Shown: positions 30,985 to 45,500, numbered from the stretch's first letter. The stretch is DNA of 64,000 bases from Zygnema circumcarinatum SAG 698-1b (GCA_037447605.1 CM074806.1:3844001-3908000); one strand, 5' to 3'. The notes: a model not told the origin generated them from the letters alone. Made by a program: numbers and translations.

Positions 30985-33357
30985 TTAGCGCCAGCTCGCA
31001 CGGAGGAGCACCGCCAAGACTGTGCCTGTACAGATGTTGATGACGTTGACCACATCGTTGGTCATCTGAACACGTCCACAAGGGCGATCTAGGTAAAGGG
31101 AACCATCTTCCTCAAACAAGAAATAGCAACGAAAAGTCGATCTTCAGACATCCTAAACTTCTGTACAGGATGTCTGAACTCTATGCATAAAATTTTATGT
31201 TATATGAGGTGGCACAGACACACCGGTTCCTTTACTTGCGTGCTCCGTTCTCTGAGAGACTAAACTTTAAGTTCTTTTCCTTGATACATTCTTTGCATAA
31301 TGATGCAAAAGATTGACACATGCTCGGGAATACAGTACCAGCAGTATTGAGTAAGCTTATCAAACTCCATTTGCATTAAGTGGGATGGATATAACAGCGA
31401 TCCCCAACTCCCTTACCCATTCATATCCAGGTTTGTCCTGAAGCGTGGCTCCCACAATGCTCTCGCCATAGTTTGCAATTTGTGAAGCAACAATGCACGC
31501 TACTGCACCCAGCAAATCAACCTGCCACATACCATGCGAATGCCAGCTTTTCCCATCAGATATTGTTATTGAAGCTAAATGAGGTGTTCGCTTTTGACCT
31601 TTAGTTCGTGATGCTAATGGTTCCATGCAATGCACACTTCACTTCAGACCATTCCAAAGCTCGAGATGCTTGCAGAAAGAGGTTACATCCCATACGACAA
31701 GGGAAAGCAAGTCTCGAGAATTGATGCTAAGCTAGGGCTGACCTGGAAGAGGCAATCTGAAAGCATACCAGGCCAAGCAGAGCAGCAACTGAGGTGAGAA
31801 TGCAGGCGCCCAGAAGGCCTGCCACGGTACCCTCGAGGCTCACAGCTCCTTCTGTGCCACGAGGCACTTTGGCAAGCGTAGTGACCAAGTACCTAAATAA
31901 ACAGAAGAGCATGCAAGCAGGCAGGCTCAGTATCTGATATTAGCATTGACAGTAGACACATACTTTTAAACTCCTATCCATAAACAAACTATTGCAGAAT
32001 AAAGAATCATGAATATACAAATCGGGGTTTCCAACTGCTCCCTCAAATTCATCGTTACTGGCTTCACGTGTGAGGCAAACGTTCAAACTGGGAAGCGATC
32101 TTATAAGAAAATCAAAGTCAAACAGCCATGACATGACAAGTCTATGATATGAGAGATAAAGGCGTACAAGAGTCACAAGAGCAAGACACGGGCAGAGAAA
32201 GCTCACGTAGTGCGGCCAAAAGCTTTGCCAATCTCACTGGCAGTCGTGTCACTGAGCTTGGTGCTGAAGCTGGCAACAAAACCCAAGCGGAGTAATAACT
32301 GTGCGGATTCTGACTGCAGTCCCTTCAAAGGGAGACATGCGGCCAGCGCACAAAGTAGCCCCGCCACACCTGACCCAACCACACTGCCAGGGCCTCGTCT
32401 CCCACTGCGTTTCTCTGCTATTCCTTCAGCCTCCTTTTGCTTCAAGCGAACTTTTGTTACAGCTGAGCCCTGCAAAACCAGATTCCTTTGTCAAACTAGC
32501 TTGTACGGCCAATGCCCTCGTAGGATTAGAACACACAAGGAGCCAATAAACCTATTTTGACAGGAGAAGCCCTCTTCAGCAGAAGTCGCATAATGCCTTC
32601 CGTCATCAGAGACCGTCGGCGCAAGTCTGAGATGTCTCGCCGAGGCGAATCAAGTGTAAACTTTTTACTGACTAAAAAAAGTTCACTCTACCAATTTCCA
32701 CCAGCTGCTGTGACAAGGCTTGTACTCGCCTGCTTCCAGTTGCAAGAGAGCTGCCCTACTCAGCCGGGCCTAGAGCGCAAAGCAAAGCGCTTGGATGCCT
32801 CAAAACGCCCCAGCATCCGAGCAGTGGCTGTCGGCAATGGAGCTCACGAGCACAAAGTAAAGAGCCACTATGGCGAACCCGCCTCCTCCAAATGCTCGCC
32901 ATGTAGCAGTTCCCAGCAGGAAGGCTGCCGCCACTGCAGGTCCCGTCAGCCCCGCCCTCAGCAGCGGGGCTCCCACTACAAAGATGCAGGCGTTCACAAG
33001 CGCAGCTGTAGTCCAAGTGGAGGGCTGCGCTTGCAAGGCCACGGCTGCATCATGTAGAAACCTCGCCTGCACCTTCAGGGCTCTGCAACCAGAACGATGA
33101 TTTACGCTTTGAAGAGCCTGATTCCGCTTCAAAATCTCCACGGCATTCCCTGTAAAGCCTCGAACCCAGCCAGGCTCCTTGCGCCACATCCTCCTCTGCC
33201 CAGGAGCGGCGCCATTGCCGCTTTCCTTCCATAAACTGGACGAGATGGAGGGCTGAGAGATTATCGTCCGAGAGCAGAAGCCATGGCGTTTGCTAGACGA
33301 GGGAGATGCAGGGAAGGCGGTGAGCACGACAGCCTGCTGCCCGCCAAGCCCGGCCAT
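30985..33357 (-). CDS. VTE6: Phytyl-phosphate kinase VTE6 (TMEM19/DUF92 family), plastid
   Basis: Peptides GTATWRAFGGGGFAIVALYFVL, KQKEAEGIAEKRSGRRGPGSVVGS, LGFVASFSTKLSDTTASEIGKAFGRTTYLVTT, VPRGTEGAVSLEGT, ASQIANYGESIVGATLQ, TNDVVNVINI. GCCATGGCC start at 33357. Confidence 0.92.
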
Positions 33358-34455
33358 GGCGCCCCCGCCCGCAGCGCTGCCCTCCTTCCTGCAGAGCGAG
33401 TCCCCCATGGCGAGGGGAAGGCTCCTGGATGCCACGTCGGACAGCTTTGCATGTGTGAGGGCGTCTTCACATTGGTCTGTTTCCTTCTGACGTGGTTCAA
33501 CTTTGCCATGTCATTTCACACGTGTAAACTGTTGGACCGTTTAGAGACTGGGAGGTTGAATGGACATCTGGAAATTTCGGTCTCGCCTTCGTACCCGAAT
33601 AGGAAAATGGGGTATACTAACAGAATCTAATTAACCAATTAGAAACCGACACGTGGCATACAAAACTGCGTCAACGTCTCGGGCAGACCAAACATTTTAC
33701 GGGCAGCCTCGAGCACCCCAGCATGCGTTGTGATTGGTGCCACGTGGACGACAGGTCACGCTCTCTCATTGGCCCTAACTTCCTGAAAAGCTGGCGCCCC
33801 TCGGGCTTTCATCCGCCTTCCAACCGGCTGGCTCGCTCGTGCGGACGGTTGGAGGCCAGCAGTTGAACACTCGCTCGTTGGACACTCCGTTCAATACAAC
33901 ATCTTTCTGCCTCCGTTCGGAGGACCTACAGCCTCAGTACATGCAGATGTCGCCTGCGTGGGTTTTAGGTCGAGCTAGGAGGGGGGTGTGGCACTGATCT
34001 CACGATGGCGATGCTGCCAACAAATCCTGGGAGCAATGCAATGTACAGTCAACAACCGCCATTATTCTAATTCCTAATAGCAAATTAGAATGAATTTTGG
34101 ATGTGATCATGCATTGAAGGTCAGGGTTCCATGCACAGTTACTTTGAAGTTTTCTGGATAGGAACTGATCTAAGGTTAAAAGCAGGGGAGTTGCTTTTCG
34201 TCCACTGTAGAAGCCGGTCAGTAATGAAGGTTGCCCTTTTTTCAAAGTGTGAAGGTATGTGAAGCGCAAAATTAGTTTGCTCGAAACATCAGCAGAACTA
34301 CAGAACCAAAAACGAAATGTCTACGACACGAGGCAGAGCTCATTTATTACTTTTAAAGATTAAAACAGAAGAGCATGGAGATATATGGAGCAATGGGAGA
34401 GAAAATTCGAATAGGGAGCAGCTTCTTGTCAAAATAAATTTCAGCGGAAATGGCC

Positions 34456-37400
34456 TCATGAAGCAAATTGATGTCGGCAAGTCCTCACATAGTGCTCAAG
34501 GGAGTGAGCTTCCACACTCCCCCCTTGTACACAAACGCTCCGAATCCCCAAATCGAGGACAATCTGAGAGCAAAAAAGAGAAGGAGGGCATGCAACGAAG
34601 TCAGTGAACGACTGATCGAACTGAAATTTCCCAACCCTAAATGCTGGCGATGGGTACAGTTTACAAATACTCATTTGGAAGAAGAAAGTAAAGGTCAAGA
34701 ATTTCAGACTGCTTATGTCCTCCGGAATGAGTGCTCGGATTGGTGTTAAAAGCACACACCTGACCACTAATGGCGACTGCTCGTGTGTGCGATGATTGCT
34801 CTCCGCCTACCAGCGCGGCTGCAGCCTCCTCCTACACACACATGCCAAACCGGATAGTTAATGGTGCTCCTAGCAATTTTCTTTTGAGCTTAGGTCCTTT
34901 GAGACCAGTTCCTCGTGGTTCCCCATGCAGATTTTGTCCATGTACATTTGATGGCCTCGCCATCGTGAGATCAATGCCACTCCCATTTATCGATAGTTAA
35001 CAGTGAAGTTTCTCAGATTTTAAGAACGCACTATGAAGCCCAAATCAGAATGCGCAATCACTGCAATCTATGTGCAAAAAGCCTTTGCTACACCAAAAAA
35101 ACTGCCCACATTTTCCGCCTGTCAAGGAGCCAAAACTGGGAGGACCAGCCCCATAGCCACCTTTCCCTTTGTTTGTGTAAGTTTGTCCAACCTGTGTGTT
35201 ATTCCTCTCTGACGAATGTGTGCAGGCCTCTCCCCCTCGCAAGTAAACCAAAACTCCTTTCCCCACCCTCCGGATCTCGTTTATTGCTCCGCGGAGGTCA
35301 TCTTGGCAAGAGCATGAGGTCATGCCAAAAACGTCTCCAGTAACGCACTCGCGATGTACAAACACGTGCACATCATCAGCCCCTTCAACTGCTCCCTGCT
35401 CACACCAGCCCCAGTCATCTACACTAATGTTAGAGGCAGTTTCTGACAGTCATCGCTAAGCTAGTTGAACCTTTCCTGAGGAAAGACCCTTCATTTCTAT
35501 CCTCAAATCGAGGAAACCTTCAGCAAAGAGCCCCTTGGCAATAAACCATCCCCCCATGACTATTGTCCTTTCGAAAGCATCATAACGTGAGATTGAACCG
35601 CTGGGTCAACTTAACCTGACGCTATACAGGCAATGCACTGGAGAGAAGGGACAGAGAACCCACCAAACTCAGAGCAAAGTGTTGTGTACTGTCCAGCATA
35701 GACGTATAGGATTGCGAGCGGAATTGGCCACCATTATATGAATGTGTAGCTACGACACCCTTCTCCAGTACACTTTCACGTTCCAAACGATACCTGCAGC
35801 AATTCATGCAAACAAATGTCAGACGGTTTTTCATGAACGAATATAAGGACAAGTGTTAAAAGCAACACACAGATGCAGACGGCGCCTGCACCATGCACAT
35901 CAAACACGAGGCTATGCTGTAGGCACAATACCAACCCAACACATTAAATACCAGCAGCTTGCAAAAAGAAACATTCTTCATCAACATTCCCAGCACAAGG
36001 ATGGGATGGGATTTTTCTCTGGACACCACTCCCGATGTTTGCAGGTTATAGACACAAAGCATTGCAGTCTTGGAGTAAATGGTCAGTACGGTAGTAAACG
36101 TGGAAGTTTAGTGGCGAACTCGACAGATGCGCAGAAGCTATAACACTTAATTCTTTAACGGTCAAACGCATCCAGAAGTTCCCCTCTCCCAGCTGGTCCA
36201 CAAGCACTTTCAAATTCCTCAACCGAAAAGCAGCCCACAGACCTAAACTTACAAAACTGTAGTGCATCGTCATCCAATCGCCCCAACAAGCAGGCACACG
36301 AGAACCACGAACGGAACCTTTGCAATACGGCAGGACCTCACACTGTATGAGATCGGCAATCGATACGAGGCAGAGATTGTGGTCTGCTGCAAGCTTGCTA
36401 AGCTGCGGCATGCGCGCCATGGTCCCGTCCTTATTAACGACTTCGCAAAGCACGCCAACAGGTGGCAGGCCGGCCAATACCGCGAGGTCAACTGCAGCTT
36501 CTGTGTGTCCTGCCCTCTGTAGCACGCCCCCTGATCACCTTTACCAGCCCCACCATTGGTGTTAAGAAAGGTCAACATTCGCTTAAATGGCAGCTGTCTG
36601 GCCAAAATACTGCACCAATTCAACTGGTAAATGGCAAACGCAGCGCGACTTAGCTAAAACCTGCCACGATCAACGTCAAAAGGGCCCACAACTGCCCAAC
36701 ATCCAATTCACTTTAAGCAGCGGGGCAAGAGAAGCTTACAGGGTTTGGCACTTAGGGGAAAAACATGTCCGGGACGACGAAAATGGTGAGGGCGAGAATG
36801 TTCTGAAGCCATGGCTCGAATTGTGCGGGCACGCTCCTCCGCTGATAGGCCGCTACTGCAACCCTCCAGCAGATCCTGTGGACCCTCAACGCATTCCTTT
36901 CTGCCCAATCATTTCTACTTTACGCGAGCTGCATTCTCTAAGATTCATTACCAGGAACTCTGCATAAGCTTAGTCCCATAACTCCTGAGCATAACATTGA
37001 TAAAAGCGTGTCCTCGTCCCAGGAGGGAATAATGCACGCACCACGGGAATAGTGAAAGCGGTCCGGTGAGCGTCACTGTTAGACTTTGGGGGAACCATTA
37101 ATGGGAACCGCAACCGCTCCAACACGGCCGGCGCTGCAGAGCAGCAGACAAGGCCACTGCAGTGCTGCAACATGAAGGACATGGCCTCTGTTGTGGCCAT
37201 GGCTCCTGCCATGATGAGATCACCCTCATTTTCACGGTCCTCGTCATCGACCACCAACACTAGCTGAACATACAGAAAACCAAAAGTCAATGATTGAACT
37301 GACAATACGAGGGCTTGAAGTGACAAGTCGCTGGCCGGTCTCATTAGTGACTTTTTGGAGCATTCCACACTTTTCAAGGCAAGAAGATAGTGTCGACGCC

Positions 37401-38459
37401 AAACCCATGCTATGGGAACTGGTCGCCTGTTAGTCATTGACAGCATTTCTATACCTCACATTAATGTATTGAACGAAAAAAAACTCGGAATGCGTCATTT
37501 TATCAATGGTTTTATAAATTTGTAACGCCTAATCAAACTCCGCAACATTCCACGTGCTTCTGGTGAACGTTACGTAGGGCAGGTTGACAGAAAAAATCAG
37601 ACCTGAACGGCCTCGGTATTTTTCAATTCCATTTAAATTTGCACAATTGCACTTTACTGCAAAAGCAGTGCCCAGTTCAGCGAAAACCAGTAAATCAATT
37701 TCATAAAAAAATGAAGCTTATGCTGTACCAGTGCCTCAAAGTAGCTCAAAAAGTTACTGTAAGAAATGGAACCGCAGTTCTTTAAATTCTAAAACATTCT
37801 TTGATGAGAATTAAAAGTAGTGTGAGTCTTTGCCCTTGCAGAGATATATGCTAGAAAACACGTACATGAAATAAATGGGTAACGAAGAATATAAAGTCAT
37901 AGTATTCAAATAGAGAACACATTTCAAGAGCTCGACTGTGAAACTCCTGCCTGGAACAAAAACATTTCCTAATCCATTGCCAGCTCTGCCATTAAAGAAT
38001 GAAAGATTAATTATTAGTTTCTCACTATCTTGTGCAGCTAAATTCAACAGCCAGTAACGAGTGACGTCCTCAAAGACACCTTCCCAATACCCTCCCATGA
38101 TTCTCTAAGGCATGAAGCTCGTATATACAGAGTTACTGCTGAACAATGTGAAAAGCAGACGACATTAGACCCAACATTTGCCGACCTCGCACCTTGCCTT
38201 TCCGTACAGCCTCCACCGCGTCACTGACGGCCGACAGCCCCGAGAAGCTCTCCAAGCCCTGCGCCGCTCCGACCTGCAGCGCTGCGCGCGGAGGTCTGCA
38301 GGAGCGACCGCCCTCCGTACTCTGCACTCCCCTCGCAGAGCCTCCTCCCCAAGAGCGGCAGCGGATTCCAACGTGGCAGCTCGCGCGCGCAGGGCGCAGG
38401 CCGACCGCCCGTTCGGGAAGCGAAGCAGACACGGCCGCCGCCTGCTGCACCGCCGCCAT
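34456..38459 (-). CDS. RIBA: RibBA-type protein: intact DHBP synthase plus a degenerate GTP cyclohydrolase II domain, plastid
   Basis: DHBPS motifs [50 protein letters not shown]-like [35 protein letters not shown]. Confidence 0.9.
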
Positions 38460-39586
38460 GGCTGGTGCGGCGCTTGAGCCAAATCGTTAAAAGGGATAGC
38501 CGGAGGGGGAGGTTCCGCTTTATGTGCGCGGGCGGACCCATGAGCCCATGCCATGCATGACCCATCATGCCATGTCGTGCCGGTTTTGTATAAAATAAAT
38601 AAGTGAACCGTTATGGACACCGGGCTTGGTAGCGCGAGCCTGTGACCCGAGCGGGGGTAGCGAAGTTGGATCTGAGCCTGTCTGGCGGGGCCCGTGGTGG
38701 CGTGCCGATGGCCCGTCCACCCCAAGCCGGGGGTCGCCAGGGACACGCCATCGTAGGTTGGCGCGGCCCGGGCGGTAGAGAAGGGGGCACCGCGTGAGGC
38801 GGGCGACCGAGCAGCGCAAACCTCTCGCCCTCGGCGGTGGGGGGATCACGGGCCTGAGCGTCACTTGCGGATCACCCTGTCAGACACGTGCGCCAGGGAC
38901 TCCTAGCGAATATCACACAACCTTTTGGACACCACGCAATTAAAATGTTAAGGCGCCCCCTAGGGCGCGCCGGGCCGCACGGTCCCTCTCCGAACCGTGG
39001 TGCCCTGGCATATGCATGTTTTTTTTGTATGGGGGGAAGCGAGGAGGAACATAGGCCGCGAGAGTTCCGAGGGGAAGGCGCGCTGCTTGGTCCCCTTCAG
39101 TGGCCGAGTTGGTCACGATCGGGTAGGAATGGTGTGACGGCGAGAGTTCGATACCAGCGGCTGCACATTTTTAAAAATGACGAACTGCACGTGATGGCCT
39201 GCAGTCAACTGTCATGGACAAGTTCCAATCTCCACATGTCCTGTCACCTGTTAGCGTAAGTCACCAACAGTGCCGTACATGTACGGTGCTCATCAACAAG
39301 AACGTACGGCATAGGTGTACGGAAAACAGAAGCTGAACCCTCGTAAAGGAGAGCTGTACGGATCAGCTGAACCCCTGGGCCTCTTGCAGCCTTCAGCGAA
39401 CGCTTGGCTAGCTCAGTGTTTGCATGCCGGGGGCGTTACAAGGCAAGGTTAAAGGATGCGCAGGAAAGCTGAACTGGATGTATGATGGTGTAGCTTCTAC
39501 TAAGCGAGGATCAGGCTTGGATCAAGCTTTTGCAAAGCATAGCTATCTGGGCTTAAGCTGCAGGAGGTGGGCACAAGAGCAGCAGG

Positions 39587-42500
39587 ATGGAGCAGCTGGA
39601 AGCTCTGCTTTCTCATTTCCTGATGCCTGATAACGCCACTCGCCGCCAGGCGGAGGAGGCCATCAAGCATCTGGCGAGAGATCCAGCAATTGTGCCGGCG
39701 TTACTGTGTTTAGTCAGGACTTCGCATTCTGATGGGACCCGCCAACTGGCTGCTGTCATCATGCGGAAGAAAATAACCGGCCACTGGATGAAGCTGCCGC
39801 CTGAGGTGAAGGAGAATGTGAAGGCGTCGTTGCTGGAATCCGTGGCCACTGAACCAAGGTTTGGGAACTCGTTAGCTTGACCTCATCTTCCGCTTCCTAG
39901 CACTTACTCGTTCTTGTTACTTTAGTGTAAACCTTCCAGCCATACTCCTCGCCATGGTTGCGCTGCGATAGGCTGTGGACTTTTACTCCGAAATGTGTTC
40001 ATGTTTGACATGCCAATAGTATTGCTTAATAGGTAAGAAAGGGTATCAGATCAGCCCCATACGACCATCGTTGATACAGTAGAGTAGTGAATTTGATATG
40101 TTTAAGGTTATAGAGGATGCCTGTGCTCTTGATATTATATGGCCGTGAAGTTGTCTTGGAATTGCAAGTAAGCAGTGGATATGCAAATTCTGCCATTTCT
40201 TATATTCTTTCATCGACCTCAAGCTAATGTCTTTATTCCTAAAGACGCAAAGTCTCAGTGAGGGAATATGTGACGTCTGTGAGGTCCGGCTTGTAAAAAA
40301 ATTGAGTCTTAGATCCTTTCTGTCGAAAGTAAGCATGCTTTATTCCGTTTTTCCATATGTGGGATAGTCTGAGCTTTGGACATCAATTTATGCCGTGACC
40401 CCACTTCTGAACTTGCAGTGCGCCAGTCAGACGAGCCTCCGCTGATGTAGTCAGTGTGATCGCCAAGCACACAGTACCAGCTGGAGAATGGCCCGCTCTT
40501 CTGCAGTTTTTGTTTCAATGCAGTCAAAGTCCCGGTGAAGACCATCGTGAGGTGTGGTCTCTTTCCTTTGTACGGTGTGAAGCTATATCATTGGAGCTTG
40601 CTTATGCGGTTATCGTTTGCCAATAGGAACGAACAGAGTTTGCTTAGGTTCGCATGTAGCCACATACATTTTCACTTGGCTCGTGACAACCACTCCTCTT
40701 AAACCTGGCTTCAGGCTTGAAGGAGTTAAACTTGTTGTCAATGGAAAAGCGTGTGATATTGACAAAGCAACGACTATACAACACAAGTAGACTATCGCTT
40801 TTTGAAGCCTAGAAATGCCTATGCTGTCGGAGCAGTGCAGGTGGCCCTCATTTTGTTCAGCTCGCTTACAGAAACCATTGGAGACATTCTCCGACCTCAT
40901 TTTACCACACTACATGCAATTTTTGTGAGCGGGCTACGAGATCAGCACAGTATCAAAGTGCGTGTTGCTGCTGTCAAGTAAGCGGTTGATTCTACTCCTT
41001 GCTCATTTTTTTGTCAAAATTCGTTATGACATTGTACGATTTAGAATGGAGTAAAATTCGAGAGGATAATTGGTAATGAACTTCGAGTGTTGGTTGTTGC
41101 AATGTCCCTCTGGTCATGTGCCGTCAATCAAGCGATCCCTATCCAAATGCAGACATAAAATGCTTCCATCATGGCAAAAGTTGTCCTTTGCTGAACTTTT
41201 TTTCTGATCCAGCTGAAAGCGCGGGATTTGGGAAGGATGCAGAGCTGTTGGTGCTCTAGTGGATTATCTGGAGTCAGAGCAGGAAGTGGTGAGATTTGCA
41301 GTAGCACCCTTTTCTGTGCAAAGCATAATTGGTTTGCCTCAACTAGTGCATTTTCATGCAGATGGAAGCACCGGTAGCCAGAAGTGACCTACTTCAACAA
41401 GCTACAAGTTTTTTGTTTATGGGCATCCAGCAGACAAACCTTCCATGCTTAATGGTATTCTTAACATTGTTTATGTGGATCAATCAATTTGCTTTTGTTG
41501 AGGCTTTGGAGTGGAGGGTTGTTGATTTTGGTGTTTGCAGGCAGTGTTCCGTGAGCTGGTGGGACCGATCCTTGACGTGGCTCGCGTCTGCCTCCTCAAT
41601 GGCGATGAAACTGTTGCTGTGAAGACATGTGAGATACTCGATGAGTTCATGGAGTTGCCTGGAGCTACAGTTGGACCCGTCTTGTCATCCATTGTACAGT
41701 TTTCGTTGGAACTGACAGCAAACACGTCCTTGGAGCTCACCACACGCCGTCAGGTAACTGACGTTTCTCTTCCCTCATTTCCAAGTTTGACACATTAGAG
41801 AAGCTACAATTGACTGTAGTCTTATTCTCATTTTTGGAGTTAATTGCCAGTGCAGGCAGCAGAGATTGTGGCGTGGATGGCACAATGGAAACCAAAAGCC
41901 TTAGTGAAAGAAAAACTTGTTGTGCCCATTCTCAGCACTCTTTGCCCTCTTCTGGCTTCCCCCGATAATGTCGACTCCATGGAAGATCTTTCTGTACCCA
42001 AGTTTATTGCTCAAGTGATTGACGCCATGGCCATGGGACTCCCAAAGAAGCACATTTTCCCGCCTGTATTGGAATTTTCTCGCTCGAAGGCAGGCAGCAG
42101 CCGGTCTGCAGAGCGAGAAGCAGCGATGATGGCTTTGGCCGCCGTCACCGAAGGATGCAGGTGTGACTTTCATTATTTGTTTCGTTTGTTTCATAATACC
42201 GTTGGAAATGTTCACTAGGGTGTTGTATGAAATGGGAAAAATTCATGGGCGGAAAGCGGCTGTCTTTAGCAGGCATTTTCTGGCTGCATCGATTTACTTT
42301 ACTTGCTGTTTGAAGTAACCACTTAAGTTGATTTCTGCACGACAGAAACAGACAAAGGAAGCAGCATTGCTACAACTATAGGAAGCTTGTGCAAATTAGA
42401 GGGAGTGATTTGTGATTATTGGGAGTTTGACAGTCGTAATTGTACTCAAGATGACTTGAATATGAGTTGCTGATGTATTTGTGAGTGCAGTGAATCTGTG

Positions 42501-45500
42501 CGCAAGCGACTGCCAGAGATTTTGAATTTGCTTCTGCCTGCCATGCGAGACGAAGCACAAGAAGTGCGAGGGGCTGCTTGCTTTGCTGTAGGGCAGCTTG
42601 CCGAGTATGTGCAACCTGAAACAGCTGATTATTTTGAACAAATTTTACCAGCGATCTTCTCAGTCCTGAACGATGCCTCCTCTGTGGTTCAGGTGAGTAA
42701 TTTGAAGCTTCCCCCCGGACTGAGTTATTACTAAGGTACTCATGGGAGTAGCCTATCATTATGCATTTATGCTGTCTTTATCCTGAGCTGTGTACTTTGC
42801 CTGCTTGTCGTTTCTTTATCAACTATGTTTTGTGCCAGTTCTCTTTGCTCGTAAATTGCTGGAGACATGAGACCCTCTTTGCTTGACGAGTGCAGGAGAA
42901 AGCTTATTATGCCTTGGCTGCCTTCTGCGAGAACCTGGAAGATGAGATATTGCCGTACCTCGATCAGCTTATGCGCATGTTGCTCCAAGCTTTGCAGAGT
43001 AGTCAAAGAGATTTACAGGAGATTTGCCTGGTGGGTTGCTGCCTTTGGTCAATAGTCATTGTACATTATATAAATAATTGCATGATATGTGATTGCGTAT
43101 TTAAATGAGAAGCTACATGGTTAAATGGCTGCTTTGCGTGTCGCTCGGAAGTTAAGCGTTGGTCAAGAAAAGTCAGTTGTGGAACATCTAGTCCTTTTTA
43201 TGCAATGCAGGCTCTACAAGACTTTGGACTACCTGGTCCATGCAGTTGGTGTGAACAGGCTATCTTACTGGAAGTCACACTATTCCTCTTGTGGTGGTAA
43301 TTTGTGCCTGCAGTCTGCAATTGGATCCGCAGCTGCAGCAGCTGAAAAGGACTTCCAGCCGTACGCCGAGGGCCTATTAACGCTTATGCGACCCGTTATG
43401 GAGTCTAAGATGGAGCAGGATCTATCCGTGCGCGCGAAGGTGACTCATTCAAATGCCGAGCTTGAATGTACTTTCTGGCAGATTTAAGGGCATGCGGGAA
43501 AATTGGTTGGACACTGCTGAATGTAAGCAGGTACCGACAGAGAGACCATATTGAAAGATTCTCTAGGCACACGTATAGAACAATCCTTGTCTACACAATG
43601 GTGGTAGTGAATTCTAAAACATTGCAGCTTGTTTGAGCATCTGCATCCATGACCTGTCCAGTAACTGTCACTGGCCTCCATTCAACCAGTCATTTATGGT
43701 TATTTATTTTCAAGAATCTCTCATTTAGTGAATTTGGTGAAAGCGGGTGCTGACGCGGAACTGAGGGGAATGACAGGCACTGGAGTTGGTGGGCATTGTG
43801 GGCTTGGCCTGTGGACGAGAAGGAGTGCAGCACCACTTGCCTTATTTCCTTGAGGCAGCCATTCAGGTTGATTTTTGTACAACGCGTTGCTTACCGACTT
43901 TCATGAAGCTTTCATCCATTGTGAACGGTCTTCATTTGTTGATTGAAAACAAGATGCTGATTGCTATGGCCAGAAGAATAAGAATTGAGTTTGATTGAGT
44001 TTGAACCTGCGAATCACCCGAGGGAAGCTTGTGATCATGTTTGGTGCTTTGGGTTCTTGGCTGTTCTTTGCTGCAGGGTTTCTCGTTGGACCACAGTGAG
44101 CTTCGGGAATACAGCCATGGTTTCTTCGGGCAAATGAGTCAACTTCTTGGAGCCGATTTTGCACAAGTATGGTCAGTTGCTATTAGTGGTTTTTACGCGC
44201 AGGAGTTTTTTTCAGCACCCTAGTCAGTCGGCTGTTCTTCTATCTGAAGGAGCACCTCCCTATTCCATCCTTATGGCCTGCTCTTGCTCATTATCTTTTC
44301 CCATCTTTTTATCTGTATTGTGTGCCTTGCTCACAGTTTTTGCCCCGAGTCGTCCCTCTTGCCATAGCAAGTTGTGAGCTTGATGATGGCACGGTGTTGG
44401 ACTTTGCCGATCCGGATGAGGATAAAGTGGATACCGGATTGGGTGGTTTATCATCTGATGAGAGTGAAGAAGAGGATGAGAAGCGACTGAGAAGTGTGAG
44501 CATTCGGACAGGCGTGCTGGATGAGAAGTCAGCAGCTACACAAGCACTTGGGCTCTACGCACAACATACTAAAGCAGCGTTTACACCGTGTGCTCCTGCC
44601 CTTTCCCATTGTTTTTGTTTAGGCTCTTCAGGTTTTGCATTGCGCTGGAGGTTTGAAGGCACTCGTTTTCTGCTTTCTATGTGCATGACTACAGAATCAC
44701 CGACCCTGTCTATTTTGATTTTTACGAATTAATCACATAACAAAAACAAAGAAAGAAATCTCTCGGCTGATTAAGGAAACTACTGCCTTGCATTGTCGGT
44801 CCGATGAACTTCAGAGGCAAAAAGCTGCTCCTTTCCTTGTTCAAGAGTGTTCTCTCTTCATTGCTTTCTCCATTCTTGTTTCTGAACCTGTATCACATCG
44901 TGACCGCCACCTGCAGTTATCTAGAACAAACGCTTAGCATTATGGAGAAACATGCGGGATATTTCCACGAGGATGTGCGGCTGCAGGCTATGCTCGCGCT
45001 TCAGCGTGAGTGGCTCGCCGACTACTTTGTCGTCCGATTCACATGATTCTGCTGCTGATTCTGATTCTTTCTGCTGTGCTGTTAGTACTTTTGGGTGCGT
45101 GAGTTGCAAACCGCTGCAGTGCGCTGTGGCTGAAGTGGTCTATCCTCACGCTACATTACTCCTAGAAGGGAGCCCTACCTGAGCTCTATCCCTCTTTTTG
45201 ACATAGGAGGGTTTAGTGACACATGGAAGGCACATTCTCGTTCAGCATTTGAATGCTTATATCTAGCTGGCGTATCGGCCAAAGCTTTACGTTGGGTTTA
45301 GTATTGTTTCAACAATTATAGATCATGAAGCCATTTGGGATCTGGGATTTGGAAACTTTGATTGCACAGATATGGTAACAGCTGCGGAGGAGGCTTATCA
45401 GTTGGATTCTCCTGCAAATGGAGGGCCTATTGTAAGTCTTATTCTTTTTATTCGTCGTACAACTTCTCCTTCTTGGTGCAATGTCTCACAACTAGTGGAG

